Source of the DNA: the human T2T-CHM13v2.0 reference genome, Homo sapiens
Length of the DNA: 64,000 nucleotides
Direction: 5' to 3' (one strand)
NCBI RefSeq assembly: GCF_009914755.1
Contig: NC_060927.1
In this document: positions 41,597-54,078 of the stretch, piece by piece
Layout: every line of letters begins with the position of its first letter
Position numbering within the stretch: the stretch's first letter is position 1
The notes under the pieces: generated by a model
Databases searched by the model: none
Seen by the model: the letters and a program-made list of their open reading frames with translations, nothing else
Told to the model about the DNA's origin: nothing
Position numbers and translations under genes: made by a program

Positions 41597-43039
41597 GCCA
41601 GCTCTACCCCAGCCTCCTTATTTTTCAGATGGAGTGTCAGAGAGAGTGGGGCCTACCCACTGTCTCCTGGACGAGCTGGGACCAAACCCAGCCTACGCAG
41701 GAGGGGTCATAACATGAGGCCTGTATCTGCTTTGTTCCCATGGAATCCGGTAAAGTGGATCCCCAGTTCGACTCCAGCAGGCCCATCTCTCACCTGTCTG
41801 CCACGTCCACACTGCCACCAGGGACAGAGCTAACATCTGGCTCTGCTTCATGAGGCCTCCAGCCCCAGAGCAGCTCAGGGACAGGAAGGATGAACTCTGC
41901 CTGGCCTTGCTGAGCTAGTTCTCGGGGCTCCCACTGCAAGCTCTGTGGTTAACGCCTCTGCTGACAGCGGACAGGACAGACTTTCTCTGAAAGTCTGAGT
42001 TTCTCTGAATCTCTGAGGTGCAGGATTCTCAGAAACCCAGCGGCAGCCTTGCCACGCACCACCGCTGCGACACTGGGTGAGTCACACACATGCCCAGGAA
42101 CATGCCTCCATATCTTGTGACAGGGTGAGTTTGGTCCCTGGTGCTGGTGCTGCACGGTAGATGGAAGCACAGCGGCTGCTGCGATCATGCAGAGCTTGTC
42201 ACCTCCAGGAGTTAGAAGCCACCCAAATCCTGCCATTCAGGTGCTGGGGGAGGGAAAGTCCTGAGGGGCAGAGCTTCTGGGCTGTCTGCACACATGTGGC
42301 CACATCAGCCCAAGGCTTTGCCTTCCCCATCACCGGCCCCCATGGGGAGACTGGGAGGAGTTAATGCAGGTGACAGCCAGACGCAGGGCCTGGAGTTTGA
42401 CAGGCTTAATACCCTTGCAACACCCCTGCGAGGTGGCCAAGCTAGGCATTTGCCCCAGCCCCACCCCCCAATATTAACGACGGGGAAATGGAGGCTCCTG
42501 GAGCTTGCTTGTCTTGCTCATAGTCCCCTCTTGATTGGCTGACAGCGGGATAGATGGACCCCTGGCACCTTGAGGGAGGAGTCAGGCAGGCAGGGCTCAC
42601 GGCACTGGTGTCTGATGGACACTAACATCTCTGAATGAACTGGGGTTGGTTGACACTGGCTTCTATCTTTCCCCAACCTGTAAGCAGCCTGGGATTTGAT
42701 CAGAGTTGATTATGACTCTTTCCCCAGGGGTGATGTTTGTGGGAGGGGCAACGTTTATGAGAATGAAAGCAAAGAATGACAAAGAGGTTTAGGAAAAACC
42801 TGGGACTGGCTGGTCCTCAAGATCTGGGGAGGAGGTGGTTTCTGCGCTCTCCCCCACCCCACCGTCTGGGCTCCCAGAGTCATCTACTCATCTCCTCCTC
42901 CTCTACATATTCATATTCACCCCTCACACTCCAGTGGCCCAAGCGCAGTCCCTTCAAGGGAGGCTGGTCTAGTTGTGTCCCTCCCCAGGGGGAAAGGGAA
43001 CTGGGGCTTCCTGAAGGGTCTCTGCCACATCCTTCCCAT

Positions 43040-43200
43040 CTGAAATTATCTCATTCATTCACTGGGCATTGCCTTTCTCTCCCACTGGACTGCAAGCTCC
43101 CTGAGGACAGGCATCTTATCCATCTTGTTCACTGCATGTCTCCAGCCCCCAGCACAGTGTTTGGCACATAGTAGGCTCATAAATATGGGTAAATAAATAG
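43040..43200 (+). mobile_element. L2 3' end
   Basis: gactgcaagctccctgaggacagg…cagcacagtgtttggcacatagtaggctc. Confidence 0.8.
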
Positions 43201-43349
43201 CTAAGGCTCAGAGTCCCTCTTTTCAAGATAAGAAATGCAGAATCTGGACTTGGACATGAATATATTCAGCAGAATGCAGGGAGGTGTAGGACAAAGGCCT
43301 GGAGAACGTGTACAGTCCTAAGATGGGAGAGTTTACAAGAGATGGATCC

Positions 43350-43760
43350 TGCTAGTCAGAGTTATCAGGAAATAGCCACTGCTGCATAACGACCTTCCCC
43401 AAAACTCAGTAGCTTAAAACAATCATTTAGTTTGCTCACAATTTTGTACTTTGGGAAGGGTTTGGTGGGTATACCTTGTCTCTGCTCTGCACAGTGTCAT
43501 TGAGGCCAAAGGATCCACTTCCGAGATGGTATTGTAAGCTGTTATTGACTGTTGGCTGCTCTCCACATTGCTGCTTGGGCTTCCTTGCAGCATGGTGGCC
43601 AGGTTCCAAGTGTGAATGTACCAAGAGACAAGAAGTAGTCCCATCTGATGCCGCATCATGTCCTCCATAGTCTACTGGTTGAGAAGTCACAGAGCCAAGA
43701 TTCAAGGGCCTCTTCATGGGACCGGTGTCAAAGAGTTTTGGGGTGTGCTTAAAAAACATA
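43350..43760 (-). mobile_element. Old MLT1 LTR
   Basis: ctgctgcataacgaccttccccaaaactcagtagcttaaaacaa…gctcacaattttg. Confidence 0.7.
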
Positions 43761-43911
43761 TCTAAGGTTTCCTGGGGGAGAGGAGTGAGCAGCTACACAT
43801 ACTGCAGGGTTTGGATGGGGCCTGTAAGCTCCCCAGAATGGCTGGAGTGCCTTAGTCTACCACCGGATGACTGAGGTCTCACTCCTGCTACCCTGCAGAA
43901 GCCTGCAATGA

Positions 43912-44400
43912 GCATGGCAGATTATAGTCTCCAAAAGTGGCCGCAGCACTTCCAGTCCCACATGTGCTTCTGGAACATTACCCTCCCCATCAATAAGTGC
44001 TATCGATTTTCACTCCCCTTGAATCTGCGTGGGCTTGTGACTACCTTGATGAATAGAATGTGGCAGAATTGATGCTGTGTGCCTTCTGAGGCCAGTCATA
44101 AAAGGTGAAATGGCTTCCACCTACCTGCCTTCCCCTCAGATACTCGTTCTTGGATCCCAGCCACCATGCTGCAAAAAAGCACAGGCTGCATGTAGGTGCT
44201 CTGGCTGACAGCCCAAGCTAAGGTCCCAGCATCAACCACTGGACATCACAAAGACCAGCCTTCGAGTCTTCCAAAGACCCAGATGTGACAGGGGTACCAG
44301 TGACAAATCATCTCCACTGTGCCCTACCTGAATCCCTGCCCCACACAACCCACAAACATAATAAATTGTTGCTGTGTGACACAAAGCGGAATATAACAAC
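43912..44400 (+). mobile_element. Old MLT1 LTR
   Basis: ccccttgaatctg…cttgtgact…aatagaatgtggcaga…cccagccaccatgctg. Confidence 0.7.
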
Positions 44401-46063
44401 GGGACTTCGGGAGCAGTTCAATGTGCAGGATTCTGGTGGAGCCTCACCAAAGAGCAGGTTGGCCACTGAAGCTGGCATTCACCCCTGTAACCTGGAGGGC
44501 AGGGAGAGGTGTTGTGGGCAGAGGAAAGGGCAGGTGTGCAGCCTTGGGCAGGAGGGACGCCAGTGGGGCTGCGGTGGTCAAGGAACCACCTGTCATCCTG
44601 AGGGCTCGGAGGGACTCTTGGTGGTATCTGCTTCCAGGTGAGGGGGTGACGAGGTGAGCTGGAGTCGAAGGAACAAGGCCACTGGCCAGACCTGAAAGTG
44701 GGAATGAGGCCTTCTCTGTGGTGGGATAAGGCAGGGTCTGACCAAGCTGTGGGATGGTCCAAGGGCCAGGAAGCTGTGCATGGACCACTGGGCCCTGGCA
44801 TTGACAGCTGGGTAGCTCAGGACCAGGGGCAGAGCTGAGGGCAGGAGGTAGGGATGTTGAGGGCCAAGCATGTTGTCAGAAAGGCAGTGAATGACGATCT
44901 CTTTACAACATGGCCTTTGTTGGTTGTCCTGCCCTTCACAGCACACTGTGGGGGACTGGGGGTGACATCTGCTGCAGCCCCATGACCCTTTCAGTTATAC
45001 TTACACCTTGTTAAATATCCCTTAACTTTTCTGGGTCTGACACATGGGAGGGGCTCCTGCTGCCAGGCAGCTGCTGGAGCTACATCCCAGATGATGGGTT
45101 GGTGGCATGCCCTCGGGACCCTTCCGGGGCTCCCCAGCTGGCACAGCCTATGCAGTCTCTGTTAGCTATCACTGAATGGCTGGGCAGCATCAAGTCCTTC
45201 CTGAGGGGCCATCCCCATTACTGCAAGTGCCCGTGGGAAAATGCAACTGCCTGGCTGCTGTAAGTCCACCCCTCAGCTCGGTTTCTACCATTTGCTGAGC
45301 AGGAAGTGGGAGTGCTCCACCGCTCACCGCAGAGGGCTGGACGGCAGGCTCACGCTGGGCCCCGCTCACCCCACTCACCTCTGTGGTCTCCTGGCACCCC
45401 TCCCAGGCTGCATAGAGGATTTCTTCTGGGCTACCTTAGTATTTAATTTTGTCGTTGTTGTTGTTGTTTGTTCCTAATATAGAAACATGTCTCTTCCAGC
45501 CACTCCCGGCAATCTGAGGGGCATTTTGTGTGTTCCCAGCACCTGTACAGCCTCACACTTTGAAGGTGTCCAATCACATCTGCTGGAGGAACAAGTGGCC
45601 CAATGTTGCATGGATCCTCTGGGTCGGTGTCATCTCTCTGGGTCGGTGTCATCTGTCCCCTCTCACCAACAGGTACGCTGCTCAGAGCACAGAAGTTACT
45701 GGTGACATACACATGTCCTTAAAAGGCTAAGAATGCTGGCTGCGGCAGAGGCAAACTACTAAATGAAATGGCGCGTCAGTAGCTCCTCCAGCAGGGCCTG
45801 ATTAGCCGTGGGTAATGTTCACTTGTGAGAGGGGGCAACTCGGCAGGCCTGGGAGCAAGAACTCACACAGAGGGCCTGCCCTGGCCCTCGAAGAACCATA
45901 GACGCCGGGGCAGCAGCCTCTCAGCACCACCCTCATCTGTGAGGACTCTGGGCCCACCTAACAACCTGCACTCTCTTCCCACTCACCCCTGGCCTTGGTA
46001 GGGGGTGAGCCAGGGACAACCCTTCTGCCTGGAGAAGGGGCTCAGGAAGAAGGGTGTCTAGGG

Positions 46064-46260
46064 TGTCTTAGCTTGAATTCCCCCAAGAAGCTGACCCTGA
46101 GAAAAGATTCAAGAGCAACTGGAGCTTAACCCTGCAGGGAAGCCACCAGCACTCACATCAGGGTGCCTCCACCCAGGAGCTAGGGGCCTGGGTTGTTATG
46201 CACTGACTCCTCAGCCTTTGACTGAGAGCTGCTCCCAGGAGATGTCATTCCCTCACACTT
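46064..46260 (-). mobile_element. Old ERVL LTR (LTR16/LTR33-like), internally deleted
   Basis: tgtcttagcttgaattcccccaagaagctgaccctgaga. Confidence 0.45.
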
Positions 46261-46959
46261 GCTAGCAACTTTCTAGGGCCAGGAGCTCAGCCTCAGGTGG
46301 AGAGGTGCAGGGAGGGCAGGAGGAGGTTTCAGAAGCACTGAAGCAGTCACGCCCAAGGGACATGGGTGAGACTCCTGGAGGCCAGAGGGGGATGCCAGTG
46401 CATGTGTGGCTGTCACTGGTCTGAGGAAGCTGGGGTCACCCTCACTAGCAAGATCCATTTGAGGAGTGTACCAGGCCCTCCAACCTTTTGATGGTAGAAC
46501 CTGTGGGGAGGGGCTGTGCCCCACAAGAGGAAAAGCTACTTGCTAGCTGGGTTGGGGACAGAGGCCCAGGCTAGAGATGGGCCCAGGTGCAAATTCTAAG
46601 CTGCCATTGGCATGATGGCTCTGCCTAAGCTATAGAGATCCCCCTCCCCATCCCTCCTAGTTTGTCACTTAAGACTATACTCACCTTTCCCCCAACCTCA
46701 CCTGTGGCCTTTTCACCAATCCCACATTGGATTGGTGGAAGTGCAGCTACCAGGGCAAACCTGGCGCTGATGGATAGCAAGCCACTGGGGCTGCCCCCAA
46801 AATGGTCTCTTGGACCAGTGGGCTGAGCAGGGCTGCCTCAGGGTGCGACCCGGGCCTCCCAGCAGCCTCTGAGGTCCTGGCTGTCAATGGTCGGGGTAGG
46901 ACTACATGACCTCCAGGGGCTCTTCCAGAATTAAGCATCGTCTTTGAAACTGTCGGGCA

Positions 46960-47135
46960 TTTCATGGTATGTCAGGCTCTGTGCTAAGTCCTTTCAATTG
47001 TTATCCTCTTCAATCCCCACCACACCCTATGAACTAGGTGACTACTCTCTTCAGTTTGCAGATAAGGAAACTGAGGCCCCAGAAGTTAAGAAACTAGCCC
47101 AAGTTAGAGAGGAAGGGAATGTCAGAGTTGGGTGT
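46960..47135 (-). mobile_element. MIR
   Basis: tatgtcaggctctgtgctaag…ttgcagataaggaaactgaggcccc. Confidence 0.8.
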
Positions 47136-47361
47136 GAGCCCTGGGCGAGGCCTAGGACCTGCCCAGTGGTGATGTGAGGCTGGACCACAGTGCTGGGGCT
47201 GGACCAACCTCTGCGTCCGGGCTGGGACATGGTTCCATCGTCCACGCCCCACCTGGCTATGCACTCCGAGGGACTCCTCTGGGCCGGGCCTGGTCAGCAC
47301 CTTGTGCCCCCACGCGTGGCCTGGAATAAGTCAAGCTATAGTCTCAGTTTGACATTAGTCT

Positions 47362-47367
47362 TTTATT
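47362..47367 (-). terminator. Distal poly(A) signal AATAAA
   Basis: Plus-strand tttatt at the boundary between the repeat-free UTR and repeat-containing intergenic DNA. Confidence 0.75.
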
Positions 47368-48605
47368 ATAACCATATTGAATGGGGTCGCTTTGCCAAAA
47401 GGAGAAATCATTTCTTAAATCAGTATGAGTTATAGCATAAAGATGGATGAGAAAAAAGCGATAGGGCATACATGGCGTCACTGAATATTCCATCAATCAA
47501 ATGAATTGTGCCACTGTGAGAAAAACTACTATGACAGCTTTTACATCAAAGTGGTCTCAAGCCTGTTTATACGAACTTTATATATCTTTTTAACAGTATA
47601 AAAAGAGAGCTTTAGTAAGTAACACTGAGAAAGCAGTCTGGCCTTTGAGAAGGAAGCCTGGCTTGCCAGGTGCCATCCTCAATGTATCCGGCCTCTTCTC
47701 TCTGCTCCACAGCCTCCCCAGTGCCCCTCCTCCAGACACACAGGGCAGGGGCCGGGGCCAGGTGTGTGTCCGCAGGAAAGGAGGGATGGAATTGGTTGGA
47801 GCCGCCACAGAACGGCCACTCTATGTGGGGACCTAAGTCCTCCGTACACACTCCTGTTCTATAATGAACCCTTGGAGCAGTTCCTTAAAAAAATAAAATA
47901 AAAACAAAAATAATGTGCATCAACTCTGACTCACAGGTTATTCTTAGGAGGCCAGCATGACTGCCACAGAGTTTGATATTTGTTCAGCATCTCTGACAAA
48001 GTAGAGGAGGCATTCCTGTTGAGAGCGGGCAACTAACCCCCAACTCCCTGAAGCAGCTTCCTTAGCAACCCCAGGGCTGACAGCACAAGAGTCAACTGGT
48101 CATCATCTGCAGGCAAGGCAAATCACAGGGAGGTCCTGGTTTATTTTTAGAGTCACATTCTTTCTGCAGTGATATTATTTCTTTCCGGATTGCAGTTACC
48201 TCTGAACATTAGCAGGAGGTCAGCTTTGGAAGAGTAATCCAGTGTAACTAAATGTTTAATGTGTTATCTGACCCTGTGGCATACACTCAAGGTAAGGCAA
48301 AGTAATTAGACTTGCTAGTCTGTAACTCTCACACGTAATGTACAAAGCTAAATTTTAACTCAAATTCCAATCTGATCAAAGAGGAATGCATGAAACACAT
48401 AGGGACACATATAAAAACAGGAGATGATGATGATGGGAATTAATCTAAGCTTCATGTATACAAAATGTATTTAACTGCTAATAATCAAAACGTAAGAAGG
48501 GTTCCACTGATTACATTTGTTAACAAAACACAATATATTCAGGATTTAAAAAATGTACAATTAAACATAAGTATCTGATAATATAATAAAAAGGAGCACA
48601 TATTC

Positions 48606-48611
48606 TTTAAT
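48606..48611 (-). terminator. Candidate alternative poly(A) signal ATTAAA
   Basis: Plus-strand tttaat, followed on the minus strand by a strongly U-rich region, with UGUA upstream. Confidence 0.5.
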
Positions 48612-50172
48612 AGCACTGTAACTAATAAAATTGCAAATAATACTCAACTATGAAGAATTTAAAAAAACACTTAAAAAACATAAGGCAGTAATACAATTGT
48701 CTGAGTATGAGCCTGTGGGAATTTGAGGCTGGTACTACCCATGACCCACTGTCCTTGTATGTCTCTCTCCTCCAAGGAGGCGGTGAGCTTGCTGGGGGCC
48801 ACAGAAGCACAGGATGGAGAGGACCGAGAGGACCTGCCTCTAGTGTGCAGCAGGGCTGGGAGTTTTCAGTGACTATTAAACACCCAGCCAACTGCAGGGA
48901 GCCAGCGGAGAGCCTTATTGGCATGGTGGGTGCCTAGTGACTCTTGCAGGGCGAGTGACCCTCAGCTATCATGACTCTAGCTCTAGGGCAAAGGAAATAC
49001 TAGAGGTCAGCAGGTGACACTGGCCCTGCTGCCCAGGGATGGCCAGGTCTGTGGTCCTTTCCAGTCTGTCCCAGAGCCCTGGTGGGAACAGCTCTACACC
49101 TCTTACCTTAGAACTGAAAACACTGACACCTTCCCAAGGTGAGAAAGTGACCAATGGCAACCCTGCACAGTTGCAAGGTCACTCGCTGTATGGGGGCCCC
49201 GCGGCTTTTACAAAGTGTTGTCATAGGGATATGTGCTTGGCAGCAGCTTACTCAGAGGTGCTGAGAGGAACACTCAGAGCCAGAAGCCAGGGAGCTACTG
49301 TGTGCATCTGCCAGGCAATTGCCCAGTGGTTGAAGGTCAGACAACCTGCTGTCTGGCAAAACCAGAGTTATTATTCACCTTACATGCTGATGTGGTAAGA
49401 GGAGAGTTCCCTGCTAGAGTTTAAGAGCAAATTGCAGAACCAATTAGAACCCTCTCTACAGTAGCTGACTTGAGAGTGAGTCACCATTTTCTTGGAGGGC
49501 AGGTGGGAAATCATGTCATTATCACATTTGTCTATAGAGATATATAAGGTTAGCAGTGGGAGGGACGTAAACAGTGTCTGTTCCTCTATACTGAGCTTTC
49601 ATTTGTTACCATGAAGGCCTCCACTGCCCGGCTGCCTCGCCATCCTCTGAGGACAGGCTCAAAGAGCTAGTCATCCCTGGCATGGCTGCTCTCCCTGATG
49701 GAGGCGAGACAGGCACTGTGTCCCTCTGCCATCCTCACCCACTCCTGTTAGAATTCCTGCGCAGGCAAAGGAGAGGAAAAGCATCCTTTCCAGGGATCTT
49801 CTTTAAGGAGAGAAACAGCTCATGTGATGCTCTGTGCCCATCATGGTTTCCTAAGGTGCTGACTGACAAGGGGGAGAGTCTCTAATCTGTGCTCAGCCCA
49901 GGAAGGCACTGGCATGTCAGACCCGGTCCCGGCAGTGGGGCCCAGGATACGGGGTTCACAGCTGAGCACAGGCCCTGCAGTACCTACACTTGACTTCCAA
50001 GAAGGGAAGGGGTTGTGTAGAAATCCTGCATCCTCTTGGCATGTGGAATGTTCTCTAGGTATCCTTATTCCCCACAGAAGGGACTCTAGGTCCAATTCTC
50101 TGTCTTATGACTGCTACCTTAAGGCCAATGAGGGATTCTGACTTTGGGTGGGAATGAACTTGGGTTTTTCCC

Positions 50173-50178
50173 TTTATT
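50173..50178 (-). terminator. Candidate proximal poly(A) signal AATAAA
   Basis: Plus-strand tttatt with UGUAUAUA ~15 nt upstream in mRNA sense. Confidence 0.4.
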
Positions 50179-51146
50179 CCTCAGTTGACAGGTATATACA
50201 GCTCTGAAACCAGAGAAACCTGACTAGAAAACTGACTGTCTGAAAGATGTTTATCCCATAAAGTCAAGGTCGCATTTTCCATTTGAAGGATAGTAATATT
50301 CTTATATCTTTTGAAATCAGTGCAGCTAAAACTGGCTTACAGTAATCTTGTTTTCTGGCTATGAAAGATTCTAAAAGGTGAAATATAATTGTTTAAGGAG
50401 AGATATTGATGGCCAAAGTTGATATGGCCTAAGGATTGGAGATGCATTCTTTAATACATCAAAAAAATCTAACACTATATCACACCTAAATATTATTCCT
50501 AAGCTTAGATCCTGTTTGCAGAGATCCTTATAACTTTGAGAGGTCAGTAATGAGGTTTTTTCTTTTTTTTTTTCCCCCAGCCCTGGAATCCACTAGTTCT
50601 GGTTCATTCTATTGCATTTAGCTCTGCGATATGGCTTCCCAATGCAGGAATAAAGTAGGCTGAGACAGATTTCCACAGAGGAAGCTTTCTTGGTATAAAC
50701 CAATTTTCCCATGTCTGATGCTTTGAGGGATAGAAGATACGAAAATAACTATTTCTGCTCCTTCTAAGTATAACTGATGGAGGTGCCACACATTCTTAGC
50801 TGGGGAGAAGGGGACAGAGGAAAAGTGATTCTAAATTGTGATTCGGTCTTTTCTAACTGTGAGTGTGATACTGGGTACGTAACTCAGCTCTAACTCAGAG
50901 CAAGAGTCGGGTGGGGATTAGGTAAGGGCCCAGAAAGCCCTGTCTGCATGTGGCAAACCTAAGCCTCTGTGCTTTGTGGCCATATATGCTTCTCTCTAAG
51001 GGGTTTCAAAGGGCTGGACCAATGCCAAATGCATGCCGGGAAGGAAGCAGTGGTTTAAGAAGGTTCTCCACTGGATGAGCCTCAGTCTGGCCTTGGGGCC
51101 ACTGAAGGGTGGCTAGATCCCTGTGGGGCAGGACTGGGCACTGTGG

Positions 51147-51440
51147 TCAGATGTCCAGGGGACTCACAATGGTGAAGCCAGAGTCCTTGCTGCTGTCGTC
51201 ATCAGGACTGGAGCTGGGGTTGCTGGAGGAAGCTGAGGCTGGGCCCATCAGTGGATCTGAGAACACCAGTGGGGAGCAGACTGGGGCCTGGCTTTTCCCA
51301 GAGGTGCTTCTGAGGGTGCGAAGAGGCTGGGCCTGGCCGGAGAAGGAGCCCCTGGCACTGCTCCCATCATCATCTTTGGAAATCAGGATGAAGTCATCGG
51401 AATTCCCTCTATCAGTGCACCCTGGCGTTTCTGAAGAGGC
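51147..51440 (-). CDS. TBC1D5: TBC1D5 terminal coding exon (last 97 aa + TGA)
   Basis: Minus-strand translation ASSETPGCTDRGNSDDFILISKDDDGSSARGSFSGQAQPLRTLRSTSGKSQAPVCSPLVFSDPLMGPASASSSNPSSSPDDDSSKDSGFTIVSPLDI* matches the recalled TBC1D5 C-terminus, including the SGFTIV LIR. Acceptor ...tgtacttcacag|GCC, phase 0. Absent from the ORF track because it lacks a start codon. Confidence 0.96.
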   Translation of the reverse strand, partial: ASSETPGCTDRGNSDDFILISKDDDGSSARGSFSGQAQPLRTLRSTSGKSQAPVCSPLVFSDPLMGPASASSSNPSSSPDDDSSKDSGFTIVSPLDI

Positions 51441-53868
51441 CTGTGAAGTACAGTCAGAAGTACAGGTGGATGAAAGAAGAAACTGGCAAAGAACTGAGTG
51501 GAAGGCCCTGTGAACTGGGGGACTCGTGGTGGAAAGCTAGGCCACCTCACCCTACATTCGACCTTGAAAGACGCAGTGTTTGGCCTGCTGCCCTGAAGCC
51601 CACACGTTTACCAGTGGTGCAGTGCCAGCAGCATCTTGTGAGCCCCTCTGAAGCCAAATGCTGGCTTCCCTGGGGGAACAAAGTAAAGCTCCTGTTTGAC
51701 AAGCTTCAGACAGAGGCAGTGTCTGTGCTGCCAGGGAGAGCCCAGGCTCAGGAGATGGCCAATAGGTTGCAGGCAGAATCCCTACCAGCGTCATGTGGGA
51801 CCCTGCCATGCAAATCACCCATCCTCCTTGAACTTTAACTTTCATCTGTGAAACAGGGATAAAGACAGTGTCTTCCTCCTAATGTGTTGTCATGATATAG
51901 TGAGATGATATGTGCAGCTGCTGGCTCCCTAATGTGAGCTGCCAGATCTGGAGTGATTCTATTACTGGCTAGAAGGATAGCTTTCAGAAGGCCTAATGTA
52001 TTTCATCTCATGTAGATCTCATTGCTAGCTCATCTTGGGTATGCACACAGGGGTCTCCTGGAGCAATGGTGGTAACCGGTAGGTTCTACAAATGTGAAAA
52101 CCAAGAACGGCAATTGCAAAGTATAATGGCAAAAAGTATAGAGATAGAATTGGTTTACTCAAAAATTATTTTCTTTCTAAGCAATTATGAGTGGCTTTTT
52201 ATTTTTTAACTTACTTAATAAAGTTAACATTCACGAACACAGGTAAAGGTTTTCGGTTAGCAAAGCCAAAGTTCGACCAAGGACATCCAGTGCCAGCCTG
52301 GCAGAAAGAACACCTCACCCAGTGGTGCTGTAAGGTGATGTAGTGCCCACAGCTGCCTCCCTCACCCTGTCTGCCTACCCTCCCCACAGCATGGGTGGAG
52401 TCTCGTGCTGGGGTCTCAAGTCTAATGAGATATATGGAGACCGCTGACTGGAAGTGTCTCCTGAGTCCTTGGGCCTCCAGACTGGCATGGCCTAGGCCAT
52501 CTGTGCACTGTGTGCAGAGCCAAGAAGGGGAATGAGTAACAGCTCTCAGGGAAATCTGGCCTTGAGCCCTGTCTGATAGGCCCCTCTCTAAATCTCATGT
52601 CCTCCTCAGTGATGTAGGGGGCAAGTGGCTAAATAATGGCTCAGGAACCTTCCATCTCTGATGATTCACCAACCTTTAGGATATTCAGTCAGAGAACATA
52701 AACGTAATTGGCCTTTAGGATCACAGAGCTGCAACAGGCCTTGAGGTTCTTCATCTCAGGTTCTAAAGCTGTTGTTAACATTCTATTAACACATTAACTC
52801 CTACACAAGCGAAGAAAAACATAGCACACGGTAGTCTGATAGCAGGGGATGTGATCACAAATGGCACCAGAGCTGTTTGGTAGAGAAGGACTGTCTTTTT
52901 TCTGAGTTGGAGGAAAAGAACTCAAATCTCTTCCCCATGACTGTCCCTATATAAGGTGCACCTGGTCAGAGCCATGCTGCCTTTGGGGAGTGCATTGAAA
53001 GCTGCTGGGGAATCAACAGAGGCCCTCAGGTTTGACTTCTTCCAGAATTGTAGACACTTTGTTCATAGGACAGTTGTCCTGCACTGTAAACTGTGAAAAT
53101 CTTGACCTCTCACCACAACACGGGGCTGGAATGCTACTTGGTGGAGCTTATCCTAGGTTGAAAATAAAAGAGCATGTTTAGCAGGGCCTAGTTTTTAGAG
53201 TGGTGCCTCTACTTCAGAGATACTGAGATCACTTATTCTCCTTTAGCTTACAGTGAAGACGTCAGTGAGATTCTGAAGTGGAGAAATACTTTTCAAACCC
53301 CTGACTAAATAAAAGTAGTTTCTACCATTACTGTAGTTATCTGGCATGCTTCCCCCAATTCCCAGATGAAGGTCACAGACTGCCGTAGACAAAGCAAGTT
53401 AGAGCTGACAGGGCCTTAGCAGCCATTTTCTTTTATTGACCCCCCCCCTCCTTGCCCCTTTGCATTACAGATCAAGAAAACGAGCCCAAATAGGAGACCT
53501 GGTAGCTTGGCCAATGTCACAAGGCACAACAAAAGACCCCACTCTTCTGGACTCCCACCTAGAATTTTTTTCAAGAGGCAGAGTTGACTTCTTTATGGAT
53601 TTCCCTAGCAGCCTTAACTGCTATCTGGTGCCATTTATAACATTTACAGAAGTTTTGTAAATCCCTAGGTCAATCCTCTCTTTTTACCCAATACAGGTAA
53701 GTCTTACACAATTAGAAAAGTTTTCAACCTGTCAGTCCTGCCTAAAACTAGCCATGATCATCACAACACATATCCCTCTTACCCGCTTCCTGCCACCTTC
53801 CCAGACCTACCTCATTTCATAGCTTGAGTTTAGGATGGTTGTAGAAGCAGGTGAGCCCAACTATAGAC

Positions 53869-54078
53869 CAGCAGTGTTCAACAGACATTTTCCATGATGA
53901 TGGAAACGTTCTCTGTCTGTGCTACTCAATACAGCAGCCCCTAGCCACAGGTGGATACCAAACACTTGAAAAGTGGCTAGTGTGACTGAGGAACTGAATT
54001 TTTAATTCTATTGAATTTTAGTGCATTTAATTTTAAGTAGATAGATACGTGGCTAGTGGCTGTAATAGTAGACAATAT
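53869..54078 (+). mobile_element. MER3 (hAT-Charlie)
   Basis: tgatgatggaaacgttct…cacttgaaaagtggctagtgtgactgaggaactgaatttttaatt…gtggctagtggct. Confidence 0.85.

Larger units (their letters stand above)
47345..51146 (-). other. TBC1D5: TBC1D5 long 3'UTR (~3.8 kb)
   Basis: Follows the stop codon, is essentially free of recognisable interspersed repeats, has U-rich blocks on the minus strand, and ends just after an AATAAA. The exact cleavage site is inferred. Confidence 0.8.

Noticed and set aside
45379-45473. Possible 95-nt minus-strand exon (donor GAG|GTGAGT)
   Set aside because: The acceptor pyrimidine tract is weak; compatible with chance.
47888-47905. Plus-strand AATAAA pair suggesting an antisense transcript end
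   Set aside because: Better explained as a U-rich stretch of the TBC1D5 3'UTR.
51109-51513. 134-aa plus-strand ORF
   Set aside because: Antisense shadow of the TBC1D5 terminal exon, with a non-ATG start.
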